NCBI GenBank assembly: GCA_951406725.2
Contig: OX597821.1
Coordinates: forward strand, 52,948,001-53,012,000
Direction of reading: 5' to 3'
DNA from: Octopus vulgaris
Lineage: Eukaryota
DNA length: 64,000 nucleotides
In this document: positions 1 through 13,008 of the stretch, piece by piece
Numbering within the stretch: position 1 is the stretch's first letter
Layout: each line of letters begins with the position of its first letter
Notes under the pieces: model-generated
Seen by the model: only the letters and a program-made list of their open reading frames with translations
Database searches by the model: none
Told to the model about the DNA's origin: nothing
Translations under genes and position numbers: made by a program

Positions 1-639
1 AATTAGTGCTGCTATGTCTATATAATTGTATTTTTCATAATCTTTCCTTTTCAATCACTTCGATATCCGTGTATAGTTCGTTGATTTCTAGTATATTTTC
101 TGATGAACAACTCTGCGCCGTATACTTAATATCCAGAAAACTTGATATTAAAAAAGGCAAGTATTCTGATAGAAGAGAAAGTGAAAATTCTTGGCTTTAA
201 AGATTTTTCTCTGGTCGTGATTTAATTTATACTGAAAAGGAAAAAAGATACTATGTTGGTAGATTAAATAGTTTCTCAGATATCCAGTGTGAAAATTTAT
301 GCCATATAATCAATCAATGGAACAAAACCAAAGGCAGATCAGCTCCTACTAATTTGATAGCTGTGCAACTTACATGAAACAAATGATGGTAGACATGCAA
401 ATGTACTTTCATGTCTATCTAATTTGGCACGGTGTTCCAGTATCTCTGAGAAAGCATTTTTCAATCTGGGCTTATGGAAGAAAACCTTTCGATAAAAAAG
501 ATGAATAGATAACTGAAGTGAAATGTCTTGAACTTAGAAAAGAAATTGTTTCCAGATAAAAGCACGCTATATTCTTATTTCACATCCCATGGCACAGATC
601 ATAAAAGATTGAAATATTGCTTTCTAATTTTGGATACAA

Positions 640-745
640 ACCCAGCAATTTCGGGGCAAAGGTTAAGTAATTTACATCGACCCTCAGTGATCAGTTGGTA
701 CTTATTTTACCGACCCCAAATGAATGAAAGGCAAAGTTGATTTTG
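640..745 (-). mobile_element. tRNA-derived SINE family B, degenerate 3' part
   Basis: Reverse complement contains the ctttgcctttcat..ggggtcg.taaaataagtacca core seen in the full copy at 43928-44160. Confidence 0.65.
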
Positions 746-833
746 AACAAGTGTTTGCAAGCATAGCTGATGGGCGACCATAGCGTGGTGAATGAATCTG
801 CTTGACGGAAACTGAGAGAAGCTTGCCGAGTAC

Positions 834-835
<2 letters not shown>

Positions 836-865
<30 letters not shown>

Positions 866-942
866 GTGTATGTATGTATGTATGTATGTATGTATGTATG
901 TATGTATGTATGTATGTATGTATGTATGTATGTATGTATACA
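836..942. repeat. (TATG)n microsatellite
   Basis: Direct reading; it produces the HTYI pseudo-ORFs. Confidence 0.95.
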
Positions 943-944
943 TA

Positions 945-1205
945 CAGGATGCGGTGAATACATTGACGTCTAAATTACGCAAAAAGGAAAATAACACTGA
1001 CATCTAATTTTAACAATTATATTTACCAAAATTACATAGAAATATCTTGAAATACTAAATAGCAAATTTATTTACTCTTTAGTATAGAGTAAATCTATTT
1101 CGTCATTGGCTTCAACCACAGCCTCCAGACGACTTCGGAATCTCTTGCAACTCTTTCGAACTGTCTGCTTCATCAAGTTAATGAATGTTGCCATCTTTGC
1201 TACCT
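945..1205 (-). mobile_element. 3' remnant of a Tc1/mariner (maT/DD37D-like) transposon
   Basis: TA|CAGGATGCGG TIR-like end. The minus-strand peptide ..FINLMKQTVRKSCKRFRSRLEAVVEANDE resembles a Tc1/maT transposase C-terminus (ACxxFRxRLEAVxxAxG). Confidence 0.6.
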
Positions 1206-1219
1206 TCAGTTCATAAAAA

Positions 1220-1750
1220 CTGCAGTTACCGTGGAAAAAATTTCTCTTATGATAAATGGTGCGAAAACTCACAGTTCGTTCATTGTCGCCATCTGTTAGG
1301 AATACCAGGCATCGATTTTTCGAGTTTTTTGACGACACTGAACGAACTGGGTTTTTTCACAACTTATTCCATAAGAGAGATTTTTCTCCACGGTAACAGC
1401 AATATATTAACCTTTTAGCAATTGAAATATGTAACAAATATCTTTCACCTCACCTCAATTCTGGTCATACCTAAACACTGCTTCGCGCTAATGCTTCGTT
1501 GTTTGCCTTGATCGGGCGATATACTAGCGCAAATCAGTCAGTGTGTTGACTGAAATATATATAAAGCTACAGCTTTAAGTTCGTTCAGAGTAGCTTCTCT
1601 TAGGTACATCTCATTTATAAGAGTCAAAAAACGTCGATGTCTGGAATTCCTAACAGATGCCGGCACTGAACGAACTGTGTGTTTTCACATCTTATTACCG
1701 CGCTAACTGCTGTATATTTGTATTTTAACAGTTGAAATATGTGACAAACG
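1220..1750. repeat. Foldback/MITE-like inverted repeat cluster
   Basis: About 1222-1288 is inverted at about 1333-1400, and about 1273-1325 is inverted at about 1624-1680. Confidence 0.6.
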
Positions 1751-1765
1751 TATTTGTGTGTGTTT

Positions 1766-1804
<39 letters not shown>

Positions 1805-2629
1805 GTATATATTATTATTTCATTTGATTTTTTAATACTATATATATATATAATTATACAGTATATATTTATTATTTCATTTGATTTTTTAATAATATCC
1901 TAAAATACTGTCGTAACAAGCACTTACCAAAGATTTGACTTTCACGTAATGCGAAGGTTTATAGTAGATCTGATGTGTAATAATGCTTCATTGATTTCTT
2001 TTCTACCTATTACGATGTTCGATGAAATTTAATCAATCGATTCACAAACTTACGCAATGCACACAACAATTTCACGCAACAGTCACGCACGCACGCAAGC
2101 AAGTACAAACACAGACACACTCACACACAAAATGCAGACACACAGACACACACACGCATACAAGCACGAACACACAAAGAACCATTTAAAGTAAAGTCTG
2201 ACTGTTTTTGTAAATAGTTTCTGTCTTCAGATATTTTTTAAACGTGAGATACGTGTGTGTCTGTACCTTTATACATGTGCCTATGGCTGCCTCTGTATCT
2301 GCGTATATCCGTATGTGTATCTATGTATGCTCATGTGCGCTGTGCATGTGATGGTGTGAGTGTGCGTGCCAGAGGACGTAAAATAGATCGTTGTTTAGCA
2401 CTGATTAGTTTTTTTTTATTTCTATCATCAGTTGATGGAATCATAGCTTAATAAGACTATAAGAAAAAAAAAAACATCGGAAAGAAGTGCAATAGAAAAG
2501 AATGTTCTAAAACGGCATTTAAAAGCAAAAATTACATATATTCAAGATAAGACGAGATATGCAGATGTGTATGTGTAGGTGTGAGAATGTGCGTGTATGT
2601 GTGTATATCTATCTATCTATCTATATCTA

Positions 2630-2662
<33 letters not shown>

Positions 2663-3163
2663 GTGTGTGTGCGCGTGTACGTATATATCTCTGTGTGTAT
2701 ATATATGCACACACATACCTATATGTATGAATGTATGCATGCATGTATGTATGCGTGTAATTCAATACAATATTCGAGGACATTAATGTTATCTTGTCTA
2801 GACAAAGAGTAAGTTCTTATACAATCATTATTTTCTTTTGCTTCTGGTTGTGTTTTCTCGTGTTTTTTTTATGCTACACAATGATCATATTATTGCTACA
2901 AGTCTTTTTCATCACCTACATCTTCAACGTAATACTTCAATTCATTTTAAATAGTAAATTTCCGAAGATGATATCTGGGATCAAATAATAATAATATATA
3001 TATTTATATGCCGCGACTTCATAAATTGACAAGGTCGCCTGATCCAGTGATACATAAAGTAATTCCGTTGATGAATAACTAATTTTTGTGGCTCGGTATT
3101 ATATATATTGCGTTTTCAAATCTATATATAAATTAATTCAAAACTAGATTTCAGATACGCGCA

Positions 3164-3199
<36 letters not shown>

Positions 3200-3453
3200 T
3201 ACAAACAAACGTACGTATGTTTGTATGTATGCATGTATATATGTGTTTGTGTCTCTCACTATATATATTGTAAAATGGAATTACAAAGCGTACACTGTAT
3301 ATTCACTTTATAAAATAACCAGACGCAGGGGTGGAATGTGGTAAGAAGTTTGTTTCCCAACCGCATGTCGAGTTCTAGATTATCTTTGCAATGTTTGTAT
3401 ACATGTATATATCTATATATGTAAATATATAATTATTTATATATCAAGGCGTA

Positions 3454-3544
<91 letters not shown>

Positions 3545-3714
3545 GTGTATATACAGTATATATACATGAATGTATATATATATACATATATATAAAATAA
3601 AACGAATGGTTTAAACTTGGTAGGTTACTGGTAAAGCACGGTTACTTGCCTAGTGATCTTTAGGTGTATGGTAAATGAAAGACGGAAGATGGAATATACG
3701 AGAATTTATTATTA

Positions 3715-3820
3715 ATCTCGGCAATTGTTTCGACACATCTACCATCGATTCCTCATGGGTGGAACACTCAACAGCTGGTTCAGGGCCATCTGTTGGCGCT
3801 GATGTATCTCTTCGGGTGAT
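3715..3820 (-). ncRNA. Degenerate type-I hammerhead ribozyme motif
   Basis: Minus strand: atcac-CCGAAGA-gatacatc...gatgtgtc-GAAA-caattg-CC-gagat. It has an 8-bp stem II and palindromic loop III, but the cleavage UH is mutated to CC. Confidence 0.6.
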
Positions 3821-4231
3821 GAATAAATAGAAGTCGTTAAAATGACCGTTCCTGTTCCGCAATGTAACTTTCCGTTTTGTAGAAAGAGAAGCAGCCAGAC
3901 AGAGGAAATACCTTCAAAATAAAATTATAGATGGCAAAAAGAGAAACGAACGTGCAATCCAGCGAGAATAGTATTTAAAATAACCGTTAACAGATATGAA
4001 TATATAAACGCCCTTGGGCAAGCTGCATAGCGCTTTCACACTCGCTCATACATGCATCCGCAAAAATGTGAGCATAAGCACACGTGAGGTTTGGTGCACT
4101 TAAGATCACAAAGACAGTTAGTTATCTGCTTGGTGGTTTATAAGACTGGGAAGGTGAAAAGTAAATTTAAGTTATCCATACATTAAATTAAATCAATTTA
4201 ATTTAAGTTAAGGATTACTCGAAATTAATTC

Positions 4232-4660
4232 TCACTGCATTGTGTGGAAAGTACATTTATATGCGTGTAGGCATCTTGAGAGTCGTTCAGAAATTCTATT
4301 AATGATCTCGTTAGTTCACAGAATAGACAGAGATTCCTCGGAGCAGAGACGGCATCTCCTGGAAATTATATTGTATGGTTTCGCGTACCTTCCTATGGAC
4401 AAATTAATGCTGTAATTCATTTTACCCTCCTTCAGTCGCCATACAAAATCTGCCAAAGATGATGTTGAATGTCTATTATTGATTGTCTTAAAGCTGGCAA
4501 CATGGTTACGATAACGATTCTCAAATGAATCATCCGTGTTCCCAATGTAAACACACGCGCTTCCACTTGTGTGCACGGTACATTTATATACATGATTTGT
4601 TCTCATACAGACGTTCATCAAATGTCATTTTGATTTTTCACTGCATGAGAATTTATCGTA
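4232..4660 (-). pseudogene. PLE GIY-YIG endonuclease domain (Naiad/Neptune-like), with in-frame stops
   Basis: Translates as FSCSEKSK*HLMNVCMRTNHVYKCTV..VYIGNT..FENRYRNHVASF..LADFVWRLK..AKPY..CRLCSEE..SIL*TNEIINRISERLSRCLH. This matches the PLE pattern CxCx4-5CPLxxC..VY..YIG..RyxnHxxsF..CxLCxxE..NxxxE..CxH. Confidence 0.8.
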
Positions 4661-7249
4661 TTTATTTGTATATAAGGCAGTCCTAAAACAAGTTTAAATC
4701 CAGGAAGAACCCATTGCAAAACGCATCAATAAATGTATGAGGAGGAACTGTTTACTATAATTAACTTACATTTTAAAACGAATACTTAGATAATATTAAA
4801 GAATTCAGGAAATGTGAGAAGGCACTAGAGGGGGGATCCTATGCAACATCAGTATCAAGTCCTATAAGAAATTATTATGTGAGGAATTAAATAAGGAAGA
4901 CCGAAATATCACAGCATTAAACAATTTGAATAGTTTAAAATAGTAAGAACCTCGACGTACAAAATAGGGCAAAAAACATATTTATGAAAACGACCTAGAA
5001 TTACAATGAAGAACACAAACCAGGCTTTCCCCATTATCCCATTACCTGTCTGTCAAAATCTGATATCAGTCGAATTTGTAAAACATTACTGATAGAATAC
5101 TGTCTAATTTGAAGTATATAGACAAACTCGAACTTTGGTCGGCACAACGAATGTAATTAACTGCTTTAAACACTAGATATATGGATAAGTTGCAAGATGC
5201 TGAACACTAACCTAAAAGGGAAAGGACTTTCATTGTGAGATTTGTAAAAATTACATTGAATTGAAACGATTGGTGCTGCCTAGGTCATCTTAAAGAAGTG
5301 ATAATCAACAACATGCCAGCCTCAAATTAACATGCCAGTTTCAAATTAACATGCCAGATTTAAGTTAACATGTCACCCGCATTGAAAAACAATACATTTT
5401 CTGTCCAATTAGTGAACTTGTCAACAAATAGATGGTTGGATTCAAGTCTCATGAGAGACATTGACATCGAACCTACATATATACATACGCCTTTCTCCGC
5501 TCTCTCTGTTTTGCTATTTATGTATGCATACAGACAGATACACACACGCATGCACATTAAATTGATATTAAATTGATTTGATTAGAATATTAGAGTTTCG
5601 TTCATTATTTAGAGTTCAGCAATTTATTGCGCAAATCTCAATACGAAGTTTATTTCACAAGAACTGAGGCAAAACAATTCAAATCATTAAGTACAGGCTT
5701 TGTCGTATTCAAGACAGCGACCACATTGTCTTAACACTCGTGGTACCTTCTTTTAGTTCCGAGATAGATGATGTTCCCTTCAAATGAATTATTAGTCAAA
5801 ACTGTTTTAGAAAATATTTACAATATTTAGAGTGGTTTCCTATACTTTTTGCTGCATCTTTGCTGCTCAGCCCCCTACCTTTTTTTTGCTTACTTCTGTC
5901 TTGGTATTTCTTCTTTTCCTGTTTGTGTGTTGCATACTTCAGTCACATCCTCAACAAACTTCCATATATAATCACTAATAGCCTAAAACTTTAGTAATCC
6001 TTGAATCTTATGTTATATTTTCCACTCTTTTCTAAATGCCTCACCGATTGTACATTTTATGTATTTCAAATTTTACATTGTAAGCTTTTATTTATTAAAA
6101 TACTAGTTTAACTCACCCTCATTTATAATACCTATATAAAGCTGTATATCATAATAAATTTCTTAAACGCATCGAAAAGTGAGAACGTTAAATTTAGAAC
6201 AACACTATAAAATAATATTTTCCTATGTAGATCTGTGGATTTAAGTATTTTATCAATTGTTGAAGACATTGTTCATTTATAGGATTTACCACGCATTTCT
6301 CAGCATAGATGAACGATGTAATGCACTATAGATAAATTACTAACAGTAGATAAATTATTTATTACACTTCAGGTGATGTTCTTTCGGTATTTATTGACTT
6401 TACATTAGCGTTTTGTGGTCCCTGCCTTGTGTTTCTGAAGGCATCTCATTGCAATGTATTTTATATACTTCAACTACTCTCATTCGCATATCATATGAAA
6501 GTAGTAAAAGTCAAAGGTCTAATCTCCAGAAAACCGTAGGCTCCAACCAGGTTTCATTTTCGGACTGTATCAGGTTTACTTTAGTTGGGCTTCTAATAAT
6601 TTCGGTTTAGACACGTACCTGACCACTCCCAGTTGTTGCCGGTCACCAACAATCTGAGATCTAGGAACGAAGAATCAATAAATATATATTTCTAAAACAT
6701 TCTCTTTAATCTTCCAGACAGTTTCACCATCACACTCTTTCAATTACTTCAACAATATCTAATTTCATGCCTAATAACGAACATTCTTGTCGCACCGGAT
6801 CACGCACAAACATTCGGACGTACACACACATACACCATCAACTTCAGCTAATAGAAATTTCGACGAATTTACATTAAGCAGAATTAGTTTACTTCTAGTA
6901 TTTACAATTCAACGTTGGATAACATTTTCAAACATAATTTAATGATTATTGTCCTTCGTCTCTATTGACTGGCATATTTGTTTAAAAAAACTATTTATTT
7001 TAGAATTAAATGTCTCTAAGTGAGTCTTCGAAAAGTCTTCGAATTTGGACATTTAAATGAATAGTAAACTGCATAAACTACATTTAATTTCCGAGAGAAT
7101 TATGAGTAAATTTTAGGTTGTCCATTGTACTAATGTTGCATGAGAGGCAGAGGAAATGATCTTTAAGTTGATTTAAAAGTTAGTTTACAATAACAATTTA
7201 CAAATATATCAAACAAATATCAATAGTTAACCGCTCACGCACGCATAGT

Positions 7250-7259
7250 TATATATACA

Positions 7260-7297
<38 letters not shown>

Positions 7298-7495
7298 CAT
7301 ATATATATACATATATATTTATATATATATTATATATATATACATACATATATATATACATATATATATACATACATACATACATATATATATACATACA
7401 TATATATATATACATACATACATACATATATATATACATACATACATACATATATATATATATACACATATATGTATATATACATACATATATAT

Positions 7496-7572
<77 letters not shown>

Positions 7573-7640
7573 TGCATACATACTTTAACACACACATATA
7601 TGTATATATGTATGTAAATATATGCAGATATATATACATG
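7250..7640. repeat. Compound (TA)/(TACA)/(CA)/(GA) microsatellite
   Basis: Direct reading. Confidence 0.95.
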
Positions 7641-8252
7641 GACATGTAAGGAACTACTTTTTCTTTTTCTATTCTAGGAATGTCTGGTACTTAATGTATG
7701 TAATACACAGTCTTTACATATGTATATATATCCTCATACGTGTTTGAAATAAATAAATAAATAAATAAATAGGCATAATATAATGTCTAACAGTTGATGT
7801 GTACCATTTCTGTATCCCCTCCATTTTCTTCTTGTCATATACACACACATACATACACACACACGCACACATACATATATATATATATTTGTATTTATAT
7901 TCCAGACACGGAAGAGAAATCACAATGCACATCAAGGCAACACAGTGGAACAGGGGCAGCCTTAGAGACTCTGAAGACATTCTCATACACCAAACAAAAG
8001 AAACCTAGGATCAACAATCGAAGAGAGTTACGGGAAGCTCCATGCTTGCTATAGCAACACCATTTCGCGCATGCCCACTGCATACACGCTCACACAGATG
8101 CACATCGGCAACATTCATTAATCTCTTGAAAATGGGGTCATAACCCCGAACTATTGAATGCAAGTTAAGTCTACATAAATTCACATATTTGTTTTCTTAT
8201 GATTTACCTTGCATTTACTTCGCATTGATTGGCCTTACCCACGATCTTTTAT

Positions 8253-8322
<70 letters not shown>

Positions 8323-8657
8323 CATATGTACATAAATACACATACACATACATACATGCATGTATGCATCCATATATATCTTTATACATACGTACACACA
8401 TACACACACAATACTATTTCGCTAAGGGATTGTGATCCTAATAGCGAGGTGTTAAAACTCAGATTGTTAATAAAAGACTGGGAGGACAAAAGTAGGGATA
8501 ATTATTTTACGAACTTCACTAGCTTACGACCTCAGACTTGAAGTTTTAAACTCAAGCTCTCAAATATGGGTGTATTGAATCCTACAGCAGAAACAGCTGT
8601 AAGCCAATGAAGCTCATAATATGTTTATTTGTTCATCATCCCAATTTGGCATATATA

Positions 8658-10286
8658 CAGTTGCGGCCAAAATGTTCAGAACGGCATTGTTTTCGACAGA
8701 AAAGTAGGTATAATTTTTTATCAAATTTGTTTTATATTCTATAATTTTCACAGACAATGAATACAATATCATTTGTTATTATCTGAGATTTTCGTGTAAT
8801 TTGAGAGGATAATGCAAAAGTCATGGATGATTTAGGGATTTACTGCAAAACCCATGGCGGCCAAACTGATCAGAACGGTTGCTTTTACTCCGTGTTTTAG
8901 TATATTGAACCGGCGAACTCTAATGTTTTGAATTTGTTTACTTGACGGTTCGTTTACTAAACATTAGTAAGAATATCTGCAGTGTACTTTGTTTATATAA
9001 TGCCACTTACTCCGTTACAAATTCGTCAGCAGATTATTAAGCTTCGAAAGAAGGATAATTTAAGTATTGGGTATATTGCAAAGATTGTTAACAAGTCAAA
9101 AAGTGTTGTTCATGGTATACTTAAGGTCTACGATGATCGTGGTTCGTGTGAAGCAAGGAAGTCTACAGGTAGGCCAAGAAAAACGACCAAGAGAGAAGAT
9201 CGTGCTATGGTAAAGTTGGTTAAAAAGGACAGATTTAAAACTGCTGCTGCTGTTTCTTGGGAAATGAGCATTGTACTGAAGAAAACTTTATCTCGAAAAA
9301 CTGTGTCTCGTCGTTTAGTTGAACATGACCTACAAGCAAGAGCACCTGCAGTTGAAGCCACTGATCAGCTCCAAGAATAAAAAGTGTCGTCTTACCTTTG
9401 CAACCGAACATGTGTTGTGGTCTCAAGAAAAATGGCAAACGGTGCATTTCAGTGATGAATATAAGTTTATGCTATTTGGCTCAGATGGGAAAAGGTACGT
9501 TCGTCGAAAAGTAGGTGAAAAATTGTCGACTAAATGCCTTAAGACTAGTGTTAAGTTCGGTGGAGGAAGTATGGTTTGGGGGATGATATCTGGAGATGGT
9601 GTGGGCTCTTTGGTGCGATTACATGTTAAGTTAAATGCAGGAGTTTATAAACAACTTGTAAAAGATCATGTCTTGCCTGTGCTGAGGAATTCAACTAAGC
9701 GACCACCCATATTCATGCAGGACAATGCCCCATGTCACAAGGCTAAGGTGGTCATGAACTTCCTCAAGGCTGAAAAGGTTATTGTCATGGATTGGCCTGC
9801 TCAAAGCCCAGATCTCAATCCTATTGAAAATGTGTGGAATATTCTAGGGGAAAGTTCGAAAGTCAGAAATCCTAAAACAACCAAGCAATTATGGAATGCC
9901 CATCAGGAAGAAAATTGAATAAGATCACCCAGCAAGAAATTGAAAATTTAGTTTCCTCATGCAGTCTAAGATGACAAAGAGTGGTTGAAGCTAAAGGGCT
10001 TCGCGCTAAATATTAAATAATTCCAGTATACTCTGTCATTTTTGATTATTTTGTTATTTTTTCAACCATTCTGATCATTTTGGCCGCCATAGGTTTTGCA
10101 GTAAATCCCTAAATCATCCATAACTTTTGTATTATCCTCTCAAATTACACCAGAATCTCAGATAATAGCGAATAATATTGTATTTATTGTCTGTGAAAAT
10201 TATAGAATATAAAACAACTTTGATAAAAAGTTATACCTACTTTTCTGACGGAAACAATGCCGTTCTGAATATTATGACCGTCACTG
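8658..10286 (+). mobile_element. Near-full-length Tc1 family DNA transposon, IR/DR type, TA target duplication
   Basis: TIRs of about 225 bp (8658-8881 and about 10062-10286) start with CAGT. Each carries an outer and inner direct repeat (gcggccaaaatgttcagaacgg / gcggccaaactgatcagaacgg). TA flanks both ends and a transposase lies inside. Confidence 0.95.
9000..10016 (+). pseudogene. Tc1 DD34E transposase with frameshifts and a stop
   Basis: MPLTPLQIRQQII..GRPRKT (paired-like HTH), frameshift near 9350, then FSDE..MVWG..QDNAPCH..WPAQSPDLNPIENVW with 34 residues between D and E. Further lesions near 9915 and 9972; ends KY*. Confidence 0.93.
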
Positions 10287-10581
10287 TATATATATATATA
10301 TGTATATACATATATATACATATATATATACATATATACATATACATACATATATATACATATATATACATACATATATATATACATATATATATGCATA
10401 TATATATACACATATATATACACATATATATACATATATATATACATATATATATACATATATATACATACATATATATATACATATATATACATACATA
10501 TATATATATACATATATACATACATACATATATATATATACATATATATACATACATATGTATATACATATATACACATAC

Positions 10582-10628
<47 letters not shown>

Positions 10629-10660
10629 CATATATATATATACATATATATACATATGTA
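10287..10660. repeat. (TA)/(TACATATA) compound microsatellite next to the Tc1 end
   Basis: Direct reading. Confidence 0.95.
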
Positions 10661-12450
10661 TATTGTTATATTTCGGGGACGGTCATGTTTTTGCAAAATA
10701 CGCACTATATATTTGTTGTTTATTACTGTTCTTATTTTATCTTATGTTCACTGTCCGGAAACCATTCGTCACACATTTGCGACTTCTTCAGCGACTCTTT
10801 CCGTCTGCGTGCGTACTCCTCGTTCGAAAGATATTTTTTTTAAATGGCCATCCCGAAATGTAATGATATTTGTTTCAAAACACAGGAATCTTGCAGCACA
10901 ATTTCATAAACCTATATATCTATATGTCTGTATTTATATATATATCTGTGTATCTAGTTATGTATGTATGTATGTATTTATGTGTGTATCTATCTATCTA
11001 TATATACATATATATGTATGAATGTATATATCATATGCGTATGTATATGTATGGGTGGGTACATCAAAAGCAACCCAATGATAAATGTAGGAAAACCGAA
11101 CAGAAATCATTATTTACTAATGTATTTGTTAATCTTTTCACAAATGGCATTTAGTTAGAGTTTAATGCGAGAGTTTGTGAAAGTAGAGATTCATCACTGA
11201 CATGGCTTGTTAGTCTACATATGATTAACATTGCAGACGTGATGCCATCTATTCCTCTGAAAACCAGTATGACAAATATCTAACAGCAGAACTCAATAAC
11301 CCGTTCAAAGACATTAGTTCCCCGGAAACAGTCAATTATCGACTCTTCTAGTAAAATAGAAATGAGAATATTGCAATGAACACAATGCGCAAAATCTACT
11401 TAGATGTCCGCTAATGATGTGGATAAGTCATTCATTTCTATCACCACACTAAGCCCACCTCTTTATACTAGTTCTAGTTAAGACTCTCCTAATTGGGAAC
11501 CGCCAACGAGAAAAAAGGTGGCTCTATGTTTTTGAGCTGTCATACACCTAATTTATCAGGTAGGTTTACAATTATAACAATTTCATTTACAGTAAATCAT
11601 CATCTGGATTTGACATCCAGTCAGGCAATGCGCAGATGATATAGTTATACTTAAATGTATGCGAGTGATTGTATGTGTGTGCTTGTAAATATGCGTCTGT
11701 AATTTTGACATGATGCCGAAAAACGAAAGAAAAAAGTATTTGTAGCGTATGCCATTACCGAAGAGGAATAATCTACTTTTGTAATAGCATATCAACGAAT
11801 GCACCTTTATTGATTTGTTTATCTAAAATATACAGCTTGCGTGATAAATTATATACTTACGTGTGATAAATAATATACTTACGCGGACACACCGTTAAAT
11901 ATTTGTCTGGTAGATGCCATACGTTCCAAATTTCTCCATACACGGAAGTTAAACAATTTAAGTTACATCAATTACTATATATATATATATATATAAGTAA
12001 TATTAGGGTAATAACAATTATAGAAATGTTTATTACCAGTGGCCTGACGCAAAAAAAAAAACAACTTTTTGTGTCTATATGTTATTCATTTATTTTTATA
12101 TGAATAATATATATATTTATTTGAAAAAAATTCAAGACTGAAAATGCTAAAATAATTTTATAGAAGAACATTTCAGAATCGCTTTCAGTCATTGGAACTT
12201 TTTTCAAATGTAAGTATGTATGACAATTAAATTTTGGAAAAATTAAAAGACAAGTTTTTTAAAAATAATATTTGCAGTGTTCAAATACAAGTGGCATTTT
12301 CCTTGTTTCTGCCTGTATCTGTCTCTCCATCTCTTGATGAAAAAGTCTCAATAATGTTTTTTTATGAAATTATTTTAGCATTTCCATTTATATCAATTCA
12401 TGTGTTCCTTTTCAACCTTCTACGCACGCACACACTCATCTCTCTCTCTC

Positions 12451-12850
12451 TTTTACTCTTTTACTTGTTTCAGTCATTTGACAGCGGCCATGCTGCAGTA
12501 CCGCCTTTAGTCGAGCAAATCGACCCCGGGACTTATTCTTTGTAAGCCTAGTACTTATTATATTGGTCTCTTTTTGCCGAACCGCTAAGTGATGGGGACG
12601 TAAACACACCAGCATCGGTTGTCAAGCAATGCTAGGGGGACAAACACAGGCACACAAACACACACACACATATATATATATACATATATACGACAGGCTT
12701 CTTTCAGTTTCCGTCTACCAAATCCACTCACAAGGCATTGGTCGGCCCGGGGCTATAGCAGAAAACACTTGCCCAAGATGCCACGCAGTGGGACTGAAAC
12801 GGAACCATGTGGTTGGTTAGCAAGCTACTTACCACAGAGCCACTCCTGCG

Positions 12851-12852
<2 letters not shown>
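12451..12852 (-). mobile_element. tRNA-derived SINE family A (about 400 bp, octopus OK/OR-like), full length
   Basis: Head ggcgcaggagtggct.tgtggtaag with A/B-box-like motifs, internal (TA)/(TG) tract and an (agtaaaag)n tail; at least six copies in the window. Confidence 0.88.
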
Positions 12853-12891
<39 letters not shown>

Positions 12892-12939
12892 GTCTCTATG
12901 TATAGACATATACACACATATAGGTATACACACATAAGT

Positions 12940-13008
<69 letters not shown>

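Larger units (their letters stand above)
3596..4660 (-). mobile_element. 3' portion of a decayed Penelope-like retroelement (GIY-YIG domain, 3' region with HHR), ending in (TA)n
   Basis: GIY-YIG reading frame at 4232-4660, a same-strand HHR motif at 3715-3820, and a terminus at the TA-rich microsatellite near 3595. Confidence 0.7.

Noticed and set aside
10178-10863. Long ORFs rich in YI/HT/CV (also near 0.7, 7.3, 29.3 kb and elsewhere)
   Set aside because: Translations of stop-free microsatellites.
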